Shown here: one piece after another, positions 9,901 through 19,036 of the stretch
How the letters are laid out: each line of letters starts with the position of its first letter
How positions within the stretch are numbered: position 1 is the first letter of the stretch
Assembly (NCBI GenBank): GCA_964584385.1
Contig: CAZOZW010000004.1
Location: forward strand, 22,506-55,191
Direction: 5' to 3'
Source: an uncultured Candidatus Peribacteria bacterium
Lineage (GTDB): Bacteria; Patescibacteriota; Gracilibacteria; CAIRYL01; GCA-016699755
Length of the DNA stretch: 32,686 nucleotides
Notes under the pieces: generated by a model
Databases searched by the model: none
Told to the model about the DNA's origin: nothing
The model's input: only the letters and a program-made list of their open reading frames with translations
Translations under genes and position numbers: made by a program

Positions 9901-10191
9901 AAAGGGGCGGATATTTTTTACAGAAACCTGAAAGATCGTTTTCTGGCATTTGGACTGAACGATGAGCAAATCTGCAAAGTGATTTTAGATGTATTCGCGA
10001 TTCTGAAAAGAGAAACAATTATCGATTGGCACAAACAGTCTGATACTCAACGAGAAATAAAGAACAAGCTTGATGATTACCTCTATGATGAGGTGAAGCT
10101 AAATATGGACATGAACATTTCCAATGATGAGCTTGCTACTATGCTAGATTTAATCATTAATCTTGCATTGGAAAATCATGAGCTTTTTTAA
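6952..10191 (+). CDS. hsdR: Type I R-M restriction endonuclease subunit R
   Basis: Nuclease motif RPDIVCYVNGIPFVVIENK, Walker A HTQGSGKS, DEAHR, FTGTP, LLTGFDAP and QAIARVNR. Start placed at ATG 6952. Confidence 0.97.
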   Translation: MQANFDEARQSQLPAVELLINMGYTYLSCEELKRQRQEDNGRFILKEIAFESLKKINHFEYKGETYPFGDKNVWDAIEELENIQVQGLQDTAREVYHLIMTDGGKTFPVTIDGQVSSQNFRFIDFKNPQNNSFHVAVEVPVNGKRENIRPDIVCYVNGIPFVVIENKKSGTEVKDALHQMIRNQKPDFSPKFFVYPQLLFGTNAEECLYGTTGTPAKFYAAWKEKETDNKALDEKIQQHIHTHIAEETHKTICADLNGTTKGHTQLTDRLATKQDKTLYSLLRPERLLDVTRHYMLFDGGTKKIARYQQYFAIHKMLMRVLPREPGFEGTKRQGGIVWHTQGSGKSLTMVLFVKALIQNPEIINPRVLIITDRVDLDRQISNTFKNCNLKKEVIQTKSGDQLFRLIKEKSPAVITSLVHKFGSLRQKQKNFFDKDPNIFVLVDEAHRTQGGFDSEDMRKVIPNACFIAFTGTPLLKNNKSESRFGGFIDKYTIDDALDDGIILPLIYEGRYTELKQNQEKVDRHVERIKENLAKEIYNRTDISEKQKEKILSKSLQELQRFINKKAITNNPHRIAEIAYDIEEHYCDYFQGTGLKAQLVAPSKYSALLFQKVFEETGKLQTAVVISEAQSHEDETDSHKREVAEFLRKKATDYKDLDSYEKAVIDSFSNDPDGIEVLIVVDKLLTGFDAPRNTVLYLTKDLKDHNLLQAIARVNRLYDNKEKPKTAGFVIDYSENAQNIKSAMELFGNFETDDVKGILIDASQKISELEQAYSALEGHFKRIKNKSDTESYLDFLGTELEGEQRRNEFYKLFNAFVRNFDECMSLPDFSSRFHHLDTYKLELKRYNELRKTARFKFADKKDLSEYKRQLVHILDQYIDAEKVELLTEPININDSAAFDRALEELGTPKSKAEAIASQMQRTIREKADKDPEFYRRFSDKIHEILKKMREGKMADIEVLAQLKEAKEKMLNKEDKEIPEDLKQSKGADIFYRNLKDRFLAFGLNDEQICKVILDVFAILKRETIIDWHKQSDTQREIKNKLDDYLYDEVKLNMDMNISNDELATMLDLIINLALENHELF

Positions 10192-10195
10192 TGCG

Positions 10196-10906
10196 ATGCA
10201 AATGCAGAATTTTCAATACGGTGACTACAATTACCAATATTATCTCTTGCGCGAAGAGAGAAAAACGCTTCGCCTTACGGTTTACCCAAATCTTAAGATT
10301 GTCCTGTATGTACCGACCGGTCATCCGGAAGAAAAAGTGATTAATTTTTTGAAACGTAAGTGCAGCTGGATTACTGCTCAAGTAAATGACTTAAAGCGAT
10401 TGCAAAAAATTGATGAGGAAAAGGAGTATGTTTCAGGTGAGTCTTTTCTCTATCTCGGAAGACAATACAAATTGATTGTAAAAAGCGGCAAACAAGACTC
10501 TGTGCATTTTGAAAATGGAAAAATTATCATGGAAAGAAAAGGGAGTATTCATGACTCTGCAAAAAACAAAACTCTGATTGAATCATGGTACGAAAAAAGA
10601 GCGGAGCACGTATTTTTCGAACGCTACAAGCAGATGTTGAAGAAATTTGACTATGATTTTGTTCCCGAACTAGCGCTCAGAAAAATGCCGAAAAGATGGG
10701 GGAGCTACCTAACAAAAAAGAAAGTGCTATTAAATCCGGAGCTCGTAAAAGCGTCAAAGGAATGCATAGATTACGTGATTACCCACGAGCTTTGTCATAT
10801 GAAATACCACAATCACAGCAAAGAATACTATCGATTTCTGACTTCAAAATGCCCGAACTGGAAGAATATTAAAGAACAGCTAGAGCTTAGATTCACTGAG
10901 CAATAG
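10196..10906 (+). CDS. YgjP/DUF45 (M48/SprT-like) zinc metallopeptidase-family protein
   Basis: Motifs SGESFLYLGRQY, RWGS, LNPEL and DYVITHELCH..YHNHS. This family commonly follows hsdR. Start ambiguous (10178, 10196 or 10202). Confidence 0.92.
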   Translation: MQMQNFQYGDYNYQYYLLREERKTLRLTVYPNLKIVLYVPTGHPEEKVINFLKRKCSWITAQVNDLKRLQKIDEEKEYVSGESFLYLGRQYKLIVKSGKQDSVHFENGKIIMERKGSIHDSAKNKTLIESWYEKRAEHVFFERYKQMLKKFDYDFVPELALRKMPKRWGSYLTKKKVLLNPELVKASKECIDYVITHELCHMKYHNHSKEYYRFLTSKCPNWKNIKEQLELRFTEQ

Positions 10907-11120
10907 AAAACAATCATATTGCAGCTGATGCAGGCAATACGATTAAGTGTTAAATCATTGCTTCTTCCAGTAAGTGCCCATACAAATAAACGAAAACAAC
11001 GAGACATAATGTGGTGGAATGGTCGAGATAGCAACCCCGATGCACCAACCGACATGGGCAGAGATCTACATTTTGACCAAAATTGAAAACACCCCAAGAA
11101 TCTGGCTGTGAAGCACTGAA

Positions 11121-11197
11121 TGGCGGGATGGACGGGACTCGAACCCGCGACCTCCGCCGTGACAGGGCGGCGCTCTAACCAACTGAGCTACCACCCC
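11121..11197 (-). tRNA. tRNA-Asp (GTC)
   Basis: The reverse complement folds as a cloverleaf: acceptor GGGGTGG/CCATCCC, D-arm GCTC/GAGC, anticodon arm CCGCC-CTGTCAC-GGCGG, T-loop TTCGAGT, discriminator G and encoded CCA. Confidence 0.98.
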
Positions 11198-11327
11198 GCA
11201 ATGAATGACAGCCACGGTATTCTGCCAAAAGACCATTGATTAATGCAAGAGTTTTTTTGCGGAGATGATTTACAGGTCAAAAAAAATTCAAGTGACGAAT
11301 GACGCCGTTTTTGTAATACTTCGAAAG

Positions 11328-12548
11328 ATGAATTTTAAAGCGCAACACTGGCTCTTTATATTGATCTGGGGATTAGTGATTCTCGGGATTGTGATGATAA
11401 CGAGCGTGAGCGTGTATGAATCGCACACCTTAATGGTGAAGATCAACGGTGAGCAGTATTGCGAAGAGAATAATTGTAACGGGTTTTATCTATGGCGTCA
11501 TTTACGAAATATTCTGGTGGCGGTGCCGGTGTTTTTTGTGGGGTATTTTATGCCGATCGCCTTTTGGCGCAAGCTCGCTCTGCCACTGTTTATAGTTTCG
11601 ATCGGATTACTACTGTCGCTGTTTGTAACGAGCATAGGAGGCGAATGGGGTACGGCACGCAGCTGGATCAACATTCCGTTCTTGCCGAGTATTCAACCGA
11701 GTGAGATCGCCAAAGTCGCTTTGATCTTTTACCTGGCGATTTGGATGGAGCGCAAAGAACGCGAGATCCGCACTTGGGGCAATGGTTTTGTGCCGTTTGT
11801 GATTTTGATGATCCCACTCGTTTTTTTAATCGCTCTACAGCCCGATTTCGGTAGTTTGTTGGTGGTAACCTCAATTGCCGCCGTGATGTTTTTTGTGAGC
11901 GGCGGAAACCTGCTACATATTATTCTTGGTGGAGTGGCGGCGATTGCGGTTTCGCTACCGGTTATTTTAAGCTACCCGTATATTCGAGAACGTTTTATGG
12001 TGTTTTTTAATCCGGGTGTCGATCACGAGGCGAGCTACCAAGTGCAACAAGCACTGATGACCGCCGGCAGCGGCCGTTGGTTCGGGCAAGGAGTGGGTGG
12101 CTCGGGTCAGCGTCATGGTTGGTTGCCCGAAGTGCAAAGCGATACGATTTTTGCCGCTACCGCCGAAGAGTTCGGTTTTTTACGGATCATTATTATCGTC
12201 GGTGCATTCGCGGCAATTTCGATTCTTGGCTACAGCGTGGCAAAAAATGCCCGCAACCGGTTCGAGATGCTGGTAGCAGCCGGCGTTACCGGGTGGATCA
12301 CGTTTCAAGCACTACTCAACATGTCGGTCACCCTTGGTATGTTTCCACTAACCGGCGTTACCCTGCCGTTTATTTCGTATGGAGGAAGTTCGCTGATGAT
12401 GCTGTTGTTCGCTGCGGGAGTACTGCTACACATTGCACGATTTAATCACGAACATGAACATAGTTATTCTCGCCGGGGGCTCGGGCGGCCACATTTCGCC
12501 GGCTTTCGCCGTAGCCGACGCGCTTTTGCAAAAAGAGCCAAACTGTAG
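11328..12548 (+). CDS. ftsW: SEDS family peptidoglycan glycosyltransferase FtsW
   Basis: About 10 TM segments, motifs ARSWI, IQPSEIAK, LQPDFGS, LPEVQSDTIFA...EEFG and TGVTLPFISYGGSS, and adjacency to murG. Start placed at ATG 11328. Confidence 0.93.
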   Translation: MNFKAQHWLFILIWGLVILGIVMITSVSVYESHTLMVKINGEQYCEENNCNGFYLWRHLRNILVAVPVFFVGYFMPIAFWRKLALPLFIVSIGLLLSLFVTSIGGEWGTARSWINIPFLPSIQPSEIAKVALIFYLAIWMERKEREIRTWGNGFVPFVILMIPLVFLIALQPDFGSLLVVTSIAAVMFFVSGGNLLHIILGGVAAIAVSLPVILSYPYIRERFMVFFNPGVDHEASYQVQQALMTAGSGRWFGQGVGGSGQRHGWLPEVQSDTIFAATAEEFGFLRIIIIVGAFAAISILGYSVAKNARNRFEMLVAAGVTGWITFQALLNMSVTLGMFPLTGVTLPFISYGGSSLMMLLFAAGVLLHIARFNHEHEHSYSRRGLGRPHFAGFRRSRRAFAKRAKL

Positions 12549-13503
12549 GCTTACCTTCTTTTGCTCGCGCAATTCGATCGACGCCAAGATCTTCGATAAA
12601 AGCGAATACAAGTTTTTTCGGTTGTTTTCGGGTAAACTGCGGCGTTATTTTTCGTGGCGGAATTTTATCGACCCGTTTTTTTTAGCAGTAGGATTCTTTC
12701 AGGCGTTGTTTTTATTGTGGCAGATAAAACCGGCAGTGGTGTTTTCGAAAGGCGGATTCGTTGCGGTTGCGCCGAGCTTGGCAGCGTATGTTCTGCGAAT
12801 CCCTGTTGTAACCCACGAGTGCGATACCGTTTCGGGCTTAGCGAACAGAATCACCGCCCTCTTTGCCACCAAACAACTCACCACATTCCCGAATACTTCT
12901 GGGGTTTTGGTCGGCAACCCGCTACGCCCCCAAATCGCCAAAGCGAATGCAGAATTCGGCAAACATTTTTTAGGGTTTGCAGATAATTCATTGCCGATCG
13001 TGATGGTGATCGGTGGTTCGCAAGGTTCGGCAAAGATCAACCAAACCATTGCCGAGCACGCAGTAGAAATCACAAAACATTGCAATTTAGTCGTCGTGAC
13101 CGGTGGGCAAGCCACCACCATTCAAGATGGCGACCGCATTCGGACGTATCCATACTTACATAAAGAATATTTACATGTACTTGCTGCAGCCGATATTATT
13201 GTAAGCCGCGCGGGGAGTAACTCCATCTTCGAGCTCGCCGCATTGCAAAAAGCAATGATTTTAGTACCACTCGCCTCAAGCGCCGGGAACCATCAATTTA
13301 TAAATGCCGAGTATTTTGTGCAACAGAACGCCGCTTTTTTGGTACAAGAAAACCAGATCAAAAATATACTCCCGGGAGCCATAAGTCGCCTACTCACAAA
13401 TGAAGATCTGCGTCATACACTTGCCACCAGCGCATCAAAACTGCATCAGCCGAATGCACCGGAAAAAATCGCCGATCAGATATTATCGGTTGCAAAGAAA
13501 TGA
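12454..13503 (+). CDS. murG: UDP-GlcNAc:lipid I N-acetylglucosaminyltransferase MurG
   Basis: Motifs GGSGGHISP, KGGFV, HECD, GNPLR, GGSQGS, SRAGS and HQ..NA. Confidence 0.96.
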   Translation: MNIVILAGGSGGHISPAFAVADALLQKEPNCRLTFFCSRNSIDAKIFDKSEYKFFRLFSGKLRRYFSWRNFIDPFFLAVGFFQALFLLWQIKPAVVFSKGGFVAVAPSLAAYVLRIPVVTHECDTVSGLANRITALFATKQLTTFPNTSGVLVGNPLRPQIAKANAEFGKHFLGFADNSLPIVMVIGGSQGSAKINQTIAEHAVEITKHCNLVVVTGGQATTIQDGDRIRTYPYLHKEYLHVLAAADIIVSRAGSNSIFELAALQKAMILVPLASSAGNHQFINAEYFVQQNAAFLVQENQIKNILPGAISRLLTNEDLRHTLATSASKLHQPNAPEKIADQILSVAKK

Positions 13504-14013
13504 GCTTGAAATGAGCAAACACGGTTTCGACCCAAAAAGATTGTTTGCATACGAAACACTAAAGATAACCTACCTGAATGCATAAAAATTGCCGAAGACT
13601 CCTCTTATCGCCATTATAATACGGGAATACAAGGATGATTTTTCGATGGCACGGCAATGGGTTGTTTTTGCTTTCTATTCGATCTCATGCGATGTCGCCG
13701 CTACTGTAACGATGGCTTATTCATCAGAAATCCCTCTCTAATAGCATTTATCAATATAAATACGACGCGGTGCTTTCCCCCTGCCTGCCATTAGCCTTGA
13801 CGATGAAGGGATAAGGGGGATTAAGCGGTTTGGGGAAAGTTTTGTAAGATTGATATCAGGAATTGCTATCAGCCACCGCAATCGTTCAGCTTTGCAATTT
13901 TTAACGGTACAGACATGTTTTTCAAGATGATAGTGTAAATAAAATGCAATTGAAGACAGAATCGCATTTTACTTTGGATAGCATCTTTGTACAATAAATT
14001 TGTTCATCTAACG

Positions 14014-14059
14014 AAAATACTGCATTTATACGTAATTCAACGTATTAATGCAGTATTTT
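14014..14059. repeat. 46-bp palindromic element, copy 1 (20-bp arms, 6-bp spacer)
   Basis: AAAATACTGCATTTATACGT-AATTCA-ACGTATTAATGCAGTATTTT, one mismatch between arms. Identical to 22142-22187 at 41 of 46 positions. Confidence 0.85.
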
Positions 14060-14144
14060 AACGCAAAAAATTCCGCGCCCGTTCACGCAAAGGCTACCAA
14101 TGAAATATCGGAATAATGATTGCTGTCCCTCAACCGATTAAGAC

Positions 14145-15290
14145 TTATTTGAACAAAACCGCTTTCATCTTTTGCAAATACACCTCGGGCGAAAACTGTG
14201 AAGCTTGCTGCTTGGCACCTTTTTGCAAACGTTGATAATATTTCTTATCGCTGAGCAGGTTACGGATTTCGGCAGCAAAGGCTTGCGGTTCGTTTTTGCC
14301 AAGGAGAATACCGCTAAAATTATGCTTCACCACTTCGGGAATCCCACCGGTTTTGTAAGAAACAATCGGAACACCGAAGCTTTGCGCTTCGAGCAAGGTA
14401 AGCCCAAAACTCTCATATTCAGAGCAGCTTAAATATAAATCTGCCGAACTGTACAAAGCACTTAATTCAGACGAATCTAAAAACTCGGTCAGCAACACAT
14501 TCTTTAGGTTTAGGTCATCGATCTGGCGTTTGAGGCTTGTCGTATTGCCAACACCCGAAATCACAAACATTGCTTCGGGAATAAGCTTTGCCGTCTGCAG
14601 AACCAAATCGAATCGCTTTTCGGCAGAAACCCGCCCAATGCTAATGATGATCGGCTTGTCTTTCTTAATCCTTCGAACTTTACGAAAGTCGGCGCCCGGT
14701 TTGGCAAACGGCAAAAGGGGATTATGAATGGTAATCACTTTTGCTTGCGGAGTAGCTTTTTGTAACTGCCGAGCCATTTCTTGCGAGGGAGTGATGAGCG
14801 TGACGAATGTGCTCCAATATCGCCATTTAAAATAAAACGGGTTTTTGGTCAGCCATTTGCCGATTTTTGCATGGTGCGCCCATATAATACGGTAACCGAA
14901 TACCAATGCAAATGGCGTCAGTACTACCTTTTCAATCAGGGTGAGCATTAAAATCGTTTTATATCCTCGACGGCGCAACCGAATCAAATGATAGATCCCT
15001 TGTAGCAAAAAGGGGATTGCGTACAGCGGAAACAAGAGCAGGTTTTTTTTCGAAGTGATATCCTGCGCAAAAATTGCAGAAGTAACCGAAAAACCTTGTG
15101 CCAAGAAACCAGCCTTTAAATCTGCATCCGGAGTAAAAAGATGCGTCTCAATACCGTTTCTCTGTAATTCTTCCGCCAAAAACAGATGAAGCCGCTCCTC
15201 TCCGCCCCAACCGGTTTGAAGTGGAAAACGGGTGATGACGAGCCCGTGAGTACATTTTCGGGAAATAAGGGTTAGAAATATCATTTGCAT
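14145..15290 (-). CDS. Glycosyltransferase family 4 (GT-B) protein
   Basis: GGEE near the N-terminus, IGRVSAEKRFD, and the EX7E motif SEYESFGLTLLEAQSFGVPIV. Start at 15290 or 15284. Confidence 0.9.
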   Translation of the reverse strand: MQMIFLTLISRKCTHGLVITRFPLQTGWGGEERLHLFLAEELQRNGIETHLFTPDADLKAGFLAQGFSVTSAIFAQDITSKKNLLLFPLYAIPFLLQGIYHLIRLRRRGYKTILMLTLIEKVVLTPFALVFGYRIIWAHHAKIGKWLTKNPFYFKWRYWSTFVTLITPSQEMARQLQKATPQAKVITIHNPLLPFAKPGADFRKVRRIKKDKPIIISIGRVSAEKRFDLVLQTAKLIPEAMFVISGVGNTTSLKRQIDDLNLKNVLLTEFLDSSELSALYSSADLYLSCSEYESFGLTLLEAQSFGVPIVSYKTGGIPEVVKHNFSGILLGKNEPQAFAAEIRNLLSDKKYYQRLQKGAKQQASQFSPEVYLQKMKAVLFK

Positions 15291-15332
15291 CGTAGCAGAT
15301 TCTGATGGCTTTTTCAGCAGGCGCGAATGCGA

Positions 15333-15361
15333 TTGACGAATCAATGGGATTCTTTTATAAT
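15333..15361 (+). promoter_or_regulatory. Sigma70 promoter of the surface protein gene
   Basis: TTGACG, 17 nt, TATAAT, ending 9 nt before ATG 15371. Confidence 0.75.
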
Positions 15362-15370
15362 TATTTTGAA

Positions 15371-18300
15371 ATGAAAAATAAATTTGTCAATATAACGCTT
15401 TCGTTTGTTTTGCTGTTTGCAATACATGGCAATGCTCTTGCCATCACGCTCGAGCAAATGATCAAGCAACAAAACCTGAATAATCCGTATGCGCATGAGA
15501 ACAAGCCCGAAATCATCAATATCAGCTTTTTCGAACAACGCGAATATGCGGGAGTAAAGGTTTCGCTCAAGGGGAAAAATCTCGGCAAAAAAGGAAGTGG
15601 GGTAAAGGTTGAAATACCAACCGCAACCGGCGGATACACCAGTGTCAGTAGTTTTTCGACGCAAGAAGAAGGCTTATTGATATTTAACATGCCTGCCGAA
15701 GCCGGACCGGGGCAAGTGTACGTCTCGAATTCCAATGGTAAAAGCGACGGCTATTTTCTCGATTTTCATCCGCCGCGCATCTTGTTCGTTACCGGCGAAG
15801 ATGGCATTGGCCCCGGTAAAAAGATTAAGATCTGGGGGAAAGATTTCGATGGGGTGTATTCGAGAAATGGTAATCGCAGCGAGTTTGCCGAGATAAAAAA
15901 CGGTACTCTTGCCGGCGCGAATAAGGCGATCAACGGTCAGCTTTCGGTAATTGAGATGACACTACCCGAACGTAATTTTAAGAAAAAATTTTGGGTCGAG
16001 CGCAACTGCGACACGAAAGGGAACAACTGCCTAAAGAGTAACGAGGTTTCGTTCAGCAATGCCATGGCACCGGTGCTGACCAATTTCGGGGTCGATTATT
16101 CAAATCGTCGCATAGTGCTTTACGGCAAAAACTTCCCCGATGAATCGAAAGATCTTCGGGTAAGTTTTGGCAGCAAGGCGGTTTCACCTTCTTCGTACAA
16201 TGCCGTAGAAGGCAAACTTGAATTCACAATGCCGTGCCCATTACCAAAGGCAGCCGAAATCAAAGTGACATACAACAACCTTGAAAGCAACAGCATGATC
16301 TTTGTCGCCGACGACAGCCCTGCCGTTAGGGATGTAATAGTGCGTCCGTATGGCGAAGGCTACCGGTTTATACTAAAGGTCGATGATGCCGTGGCGATAC
16401 CTGAAAGCAATGCCTGTAGCATAAATAGCATCGCTTATGTGGGCAGCAAAGGCTATGCCATCGATAAAGTGCGGCGCGAGTACCACACCGCAACGATCGA
16501 TGCAAAAAGTGTTCCCGTTTCGGGTACCATCAGTGTTGCGTTCAACGGCGTACAATCCGACCCTATTCCGTTCGAAAGACACACCTATCAAACACAACCG
16601 CGCATTTATCGGATACTTGGAAAATTCGGCTTTCGCGATCAGGGGACATTTCAGATCTTCGGTAAAAACCTGGGCGATACCTATGCGATCTGTGGCGAAA
16701 AGGGGACTACGATCAACGGGGTCAAGGTTTCATCTGAAAAAACATATTTTAAGATAACCGATACCGAAGATGCCGAAGGATATAAAAAAGAAGAGAAAGA
16801 AGGCTACTGCGAGGGCTTTAATCCATCTGTCAGCCCCAATCACATCAAGGGGCAGTTCTTTCCGCCGGCATATGGCACAAAGAGCAGCGGCGAGGCGGAA
16901 AAATCGATCACCGTTACGAACGAACTCGGCAGCAGTAATGTCATCCGTGTGCCATATGGCAATCGCAATGTAAAAGTTGCCTACGCCGACCCCACCATCG
17001 AGTCGATCTATCACCCCGAAGGCTATTTACGCGGAGACAAAATACACCTCAACGGTTTTGGCTTTGGCAGCAAGCCGCTGCATAATCGCGTTCTGTTCGC
17101 CGGTCATGAATTAGTGCCTTTAAAAGCGAATGCCAATGGCACCGAACTGGTTACGGTTATTCCCGAAAACGGGGTGAGCGGCAGTATTTCGGTTAAGCGG
17201 CTTTCGCCCGACCCGGCACCATCGAAACCGTTTCCAGTCGTGGTTTCGCCATACGACGAAGAAGTACTGAAAATGAGATTTACCGACAGCGATAATACGA
17301 CGATAGAGGCAAGTAAATCTTCGGTGCCGGTCGAGCTCGGTACAGTAGAAGTAGAAAACTCGATCGCCCCTCTTTTATTCAAAAGGCTACGCTTTACCCT
17401 TCATTACGACGATCATGGTTCGGAGTCGGATTACGCCTACGATGAGATTCGTGCCCTGCCGTTTCAGGCATTCACGCTCAACGCGAACGGCACAAAGGTC
17501 GAGTTGCCAGGAGCTATACAAAAAGTGGGTGATAAACAATTCCGCATCGAATTCAACGAATTCACCATCCCCCTTACCGAAAGCCAACCGGCTCGATTAA
17601 CCATTTCGAGTAAGATCGCACATTTTATTCCCGATGGTGCGACATTTCATCTTGAACTCGATCCCGGTCAAAACGCCGATGTCAAAGTGGTGAACGAAGA
17701 AACCGGTCATAGCGAGTTTCAAACCTTTCGCGAACCATCCCAAGGACCGATCACCACAGTGATCAACACCGAATCGATCACCTACTGTATCGATACCGAT
17801 TCGACGAACATCCATTGCAATCACTATCTCAAATCACGAAACATTGCAGATAATCGTCATTCTGCCGCTCGAACAGAAAAGCAGAAGAAAGAGCCAAAAC
17901 AGCAACTCAGTCGTGCCGAAAAACGTGAACAAGCAAAAGAGGTTGTAGAAAATGCATCTGCGGAGCGTGCCGAAAAGCTACATATGCAGTATCAAGAAAA
18001 ACAAGCCGGTACATTGGGCAATCACCTCGAAAAAGTTTTGCAACGATTGCAATACAAACTCGACCCCGAAAAATTCGAACAGGTAAAAGCCGCGCTACAA
18101 GCATCGCATAAAAAGCCGGCATTAGCATCGGTAGAGCGAAAAAACAAAATGATAATGCTGCTCAAAAGCAAACTCGCCGCCGAACAACGCAAAGTAAAGC
18201 TCGCCGCTGCTCAAAAATTGAGTGTTGCCGAACGCATCAACAGCAGCCGGCTCGATAGCGACCGCGACGGTCTGCGCGATAGTGAAGAAATGTTGATCGG

Positions 18301-19036
18301 TACCGACCCCTACAAAGCCGACACCGATGATGATGGCTACAGCGATTATACAGAGGTCGAATATGCGATCTCGCCGTTTTTGCATAACCCAAAACCGATT
18401 TTTAGCGACATTAAAGGCAGTGTCGCCGCCGGCTCGATTAGCCGTTTGTATTATTTTGGTGCACTGCAAGCAAACGAAACCGGTGGCAAATTTTTACCGA
18501 AAGATAGCACCAACCGACTATCTGCTGTTATCACCCTTTCACGATTATTCGCACAAAACCCAACCAGCAGGCAAATCGATTCTCCGTTTGGCGATGTAAA
18601 AAAATCGGATTGGTATTTGCCGCAAATCATCGGAGCGATTGAAAACGAAGCGATTGAAGTCGATGAACAAAAAGCCTTTCGACCGTTTGAGCCAGTGACC
18701 AAGGCCGAACTGTGCAAAATGATGCTTGCCTACTTACAGATCAAAATCACCCCCGAGCGCAATCGACCATTGCGATATTCTGATACGAAAACACCGAACG
18801 AAGATTATGCCGCCGAACGTTGCCATACATTAGGTCTATTAGCCGAAAGCTCAGCCCCGAAAAGTGCGAAAACAATCGAAGAACCGGCTCAATCGGAGGA
18901 TGCCGAACCAACCGAAAAACATGTTGCCGCCACCGCTGGTGTTTTTGGCACAAACAGAAGAGTATCTCGCGAGAATCTCGCAAAAATGGCTACCAAGGCA
19001 ATCCGCATTTACGAAAAGAACTCTAACGGCGAATAA
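15371..19036 (+). CDS. Large secreted surface protein with IPT/TIG-like repeats, a Ca-binding thrombospondin-3-like repeat and C-terminal S-layer homology (SLH) domains
   Basis: Signal peptide MKNKFVNITLSFVLLFAIHGNALA; repeated P-x-I...I.GKNL/F motifs; DSDRDGLRDSEE..IGTDP..ADTDDDGYSD; SLH-like FSDIKG, FGDVKKSDWY and FRPFEPVTKAE. Confidence 0.85.
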   Translation: MKNKFVNITLSFVLLFAIHGNALAITLEQMIKQQNLNNPYAHENKPEIINISFFEQREYAGVKVSLKGKNLGKKGSGVKVEIPTATGGYTSVSSFSTQEEGLLIFNMPAEAGPGQVYVSNSNGKSDGYFLDFHPPRILFVTGEDGIGPGKKIKIWGKDFDGVYSRNGNRSEFAEIKNGTLAGANKAINGQLSVIEMTLPERNFKKKFWVERNCDTKGNNCLKSNEVSFSNAMAPVLTNFGVDYSNRRIVLYGKNFPDESKDLRVSFGSKAVSPSSYNAVEGKLEFTMPCPLPKAAEIKVTYNNLESNSMIFVADDSPAVRDVIVRPYGEGYRFILKVDDAVAIPESNACSINSIAYVGSKGYAIDKVRREYHTATIDAKSVPVSGTISVAFNGVQSDPIPFERHTYQTQPRIYRILGKFGFRDQGTFQIFGKNLGDTYAICGEKGTTINGVKVSSEKTYFKITDTEDAEGYKKEEKEGYCEGFNPSVSPNHIKGQFFPPAYGTKSSGEAEKSITVTNELGSSNVIRVPYGNRNVKVAYADPTIESIYHPEGYLRGDKIHLNGFGFGSKPLHNRVLFAGHELVPLKANANGTELVTVIPENGVSGSISVKRLSPDPAPSKPFPVVVSPYDEEVLKMRFTDSDNTTIEASKSSVPVELGTVEVENSIAPLLFKRLRFTLHYDDHGSESDYAYDEIRALPFQAFTLNANGTKVELPGAIQKVGDKQFRIEFNEFTIPLTESQPARLTISSKIAHFIPDGATFHLELDPGQNADVKVVNEETGHSEFQTFREPSQGPITTVINTESITYCIDTDSTNIHCNHYLKSRNIADNRHSAARTEKQKKEPKQQLSRAEKREQAKEVVENASAERAEKLHMQYQEKQAGTLGNHLEKVLQRLQYKLDPEKFEQVKAALQASHKKPALASVERKNKMIMLLKSKLAAEQRKVKLAAAQKLSVAERINSSRLDSDRDGLRDSEEMLIGTDPYKADTDDDGYSDYTEVEYAISPFLHNPKPIFSDIKGSVAAGSISRLYYFGALQANETGGKFLPKDSTNRLSAVITLSRLFAQNPTSRQIDSPFGDVKKSDWYLPQIIGAIENEAIEVDEQKAFRPFEPVTKAELCKMMLAYLQIKITPERNRPLRYSDTKTPNEDYAAERCHTLGLLAESSAPKSAKTIEEPAQSEDAEPTEKHVAATAGVFGTNRRVSRENLAKMATKAIRIYEKNSNGE

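Noticed and set aside
14006-14090. Integron attC site (ATCTAAC precedes the palindrome)
   Set aside because: There is no complementary GTTRRRY at a suitable position, the second palindrome copy lacks the motif, and there is no cassette array.
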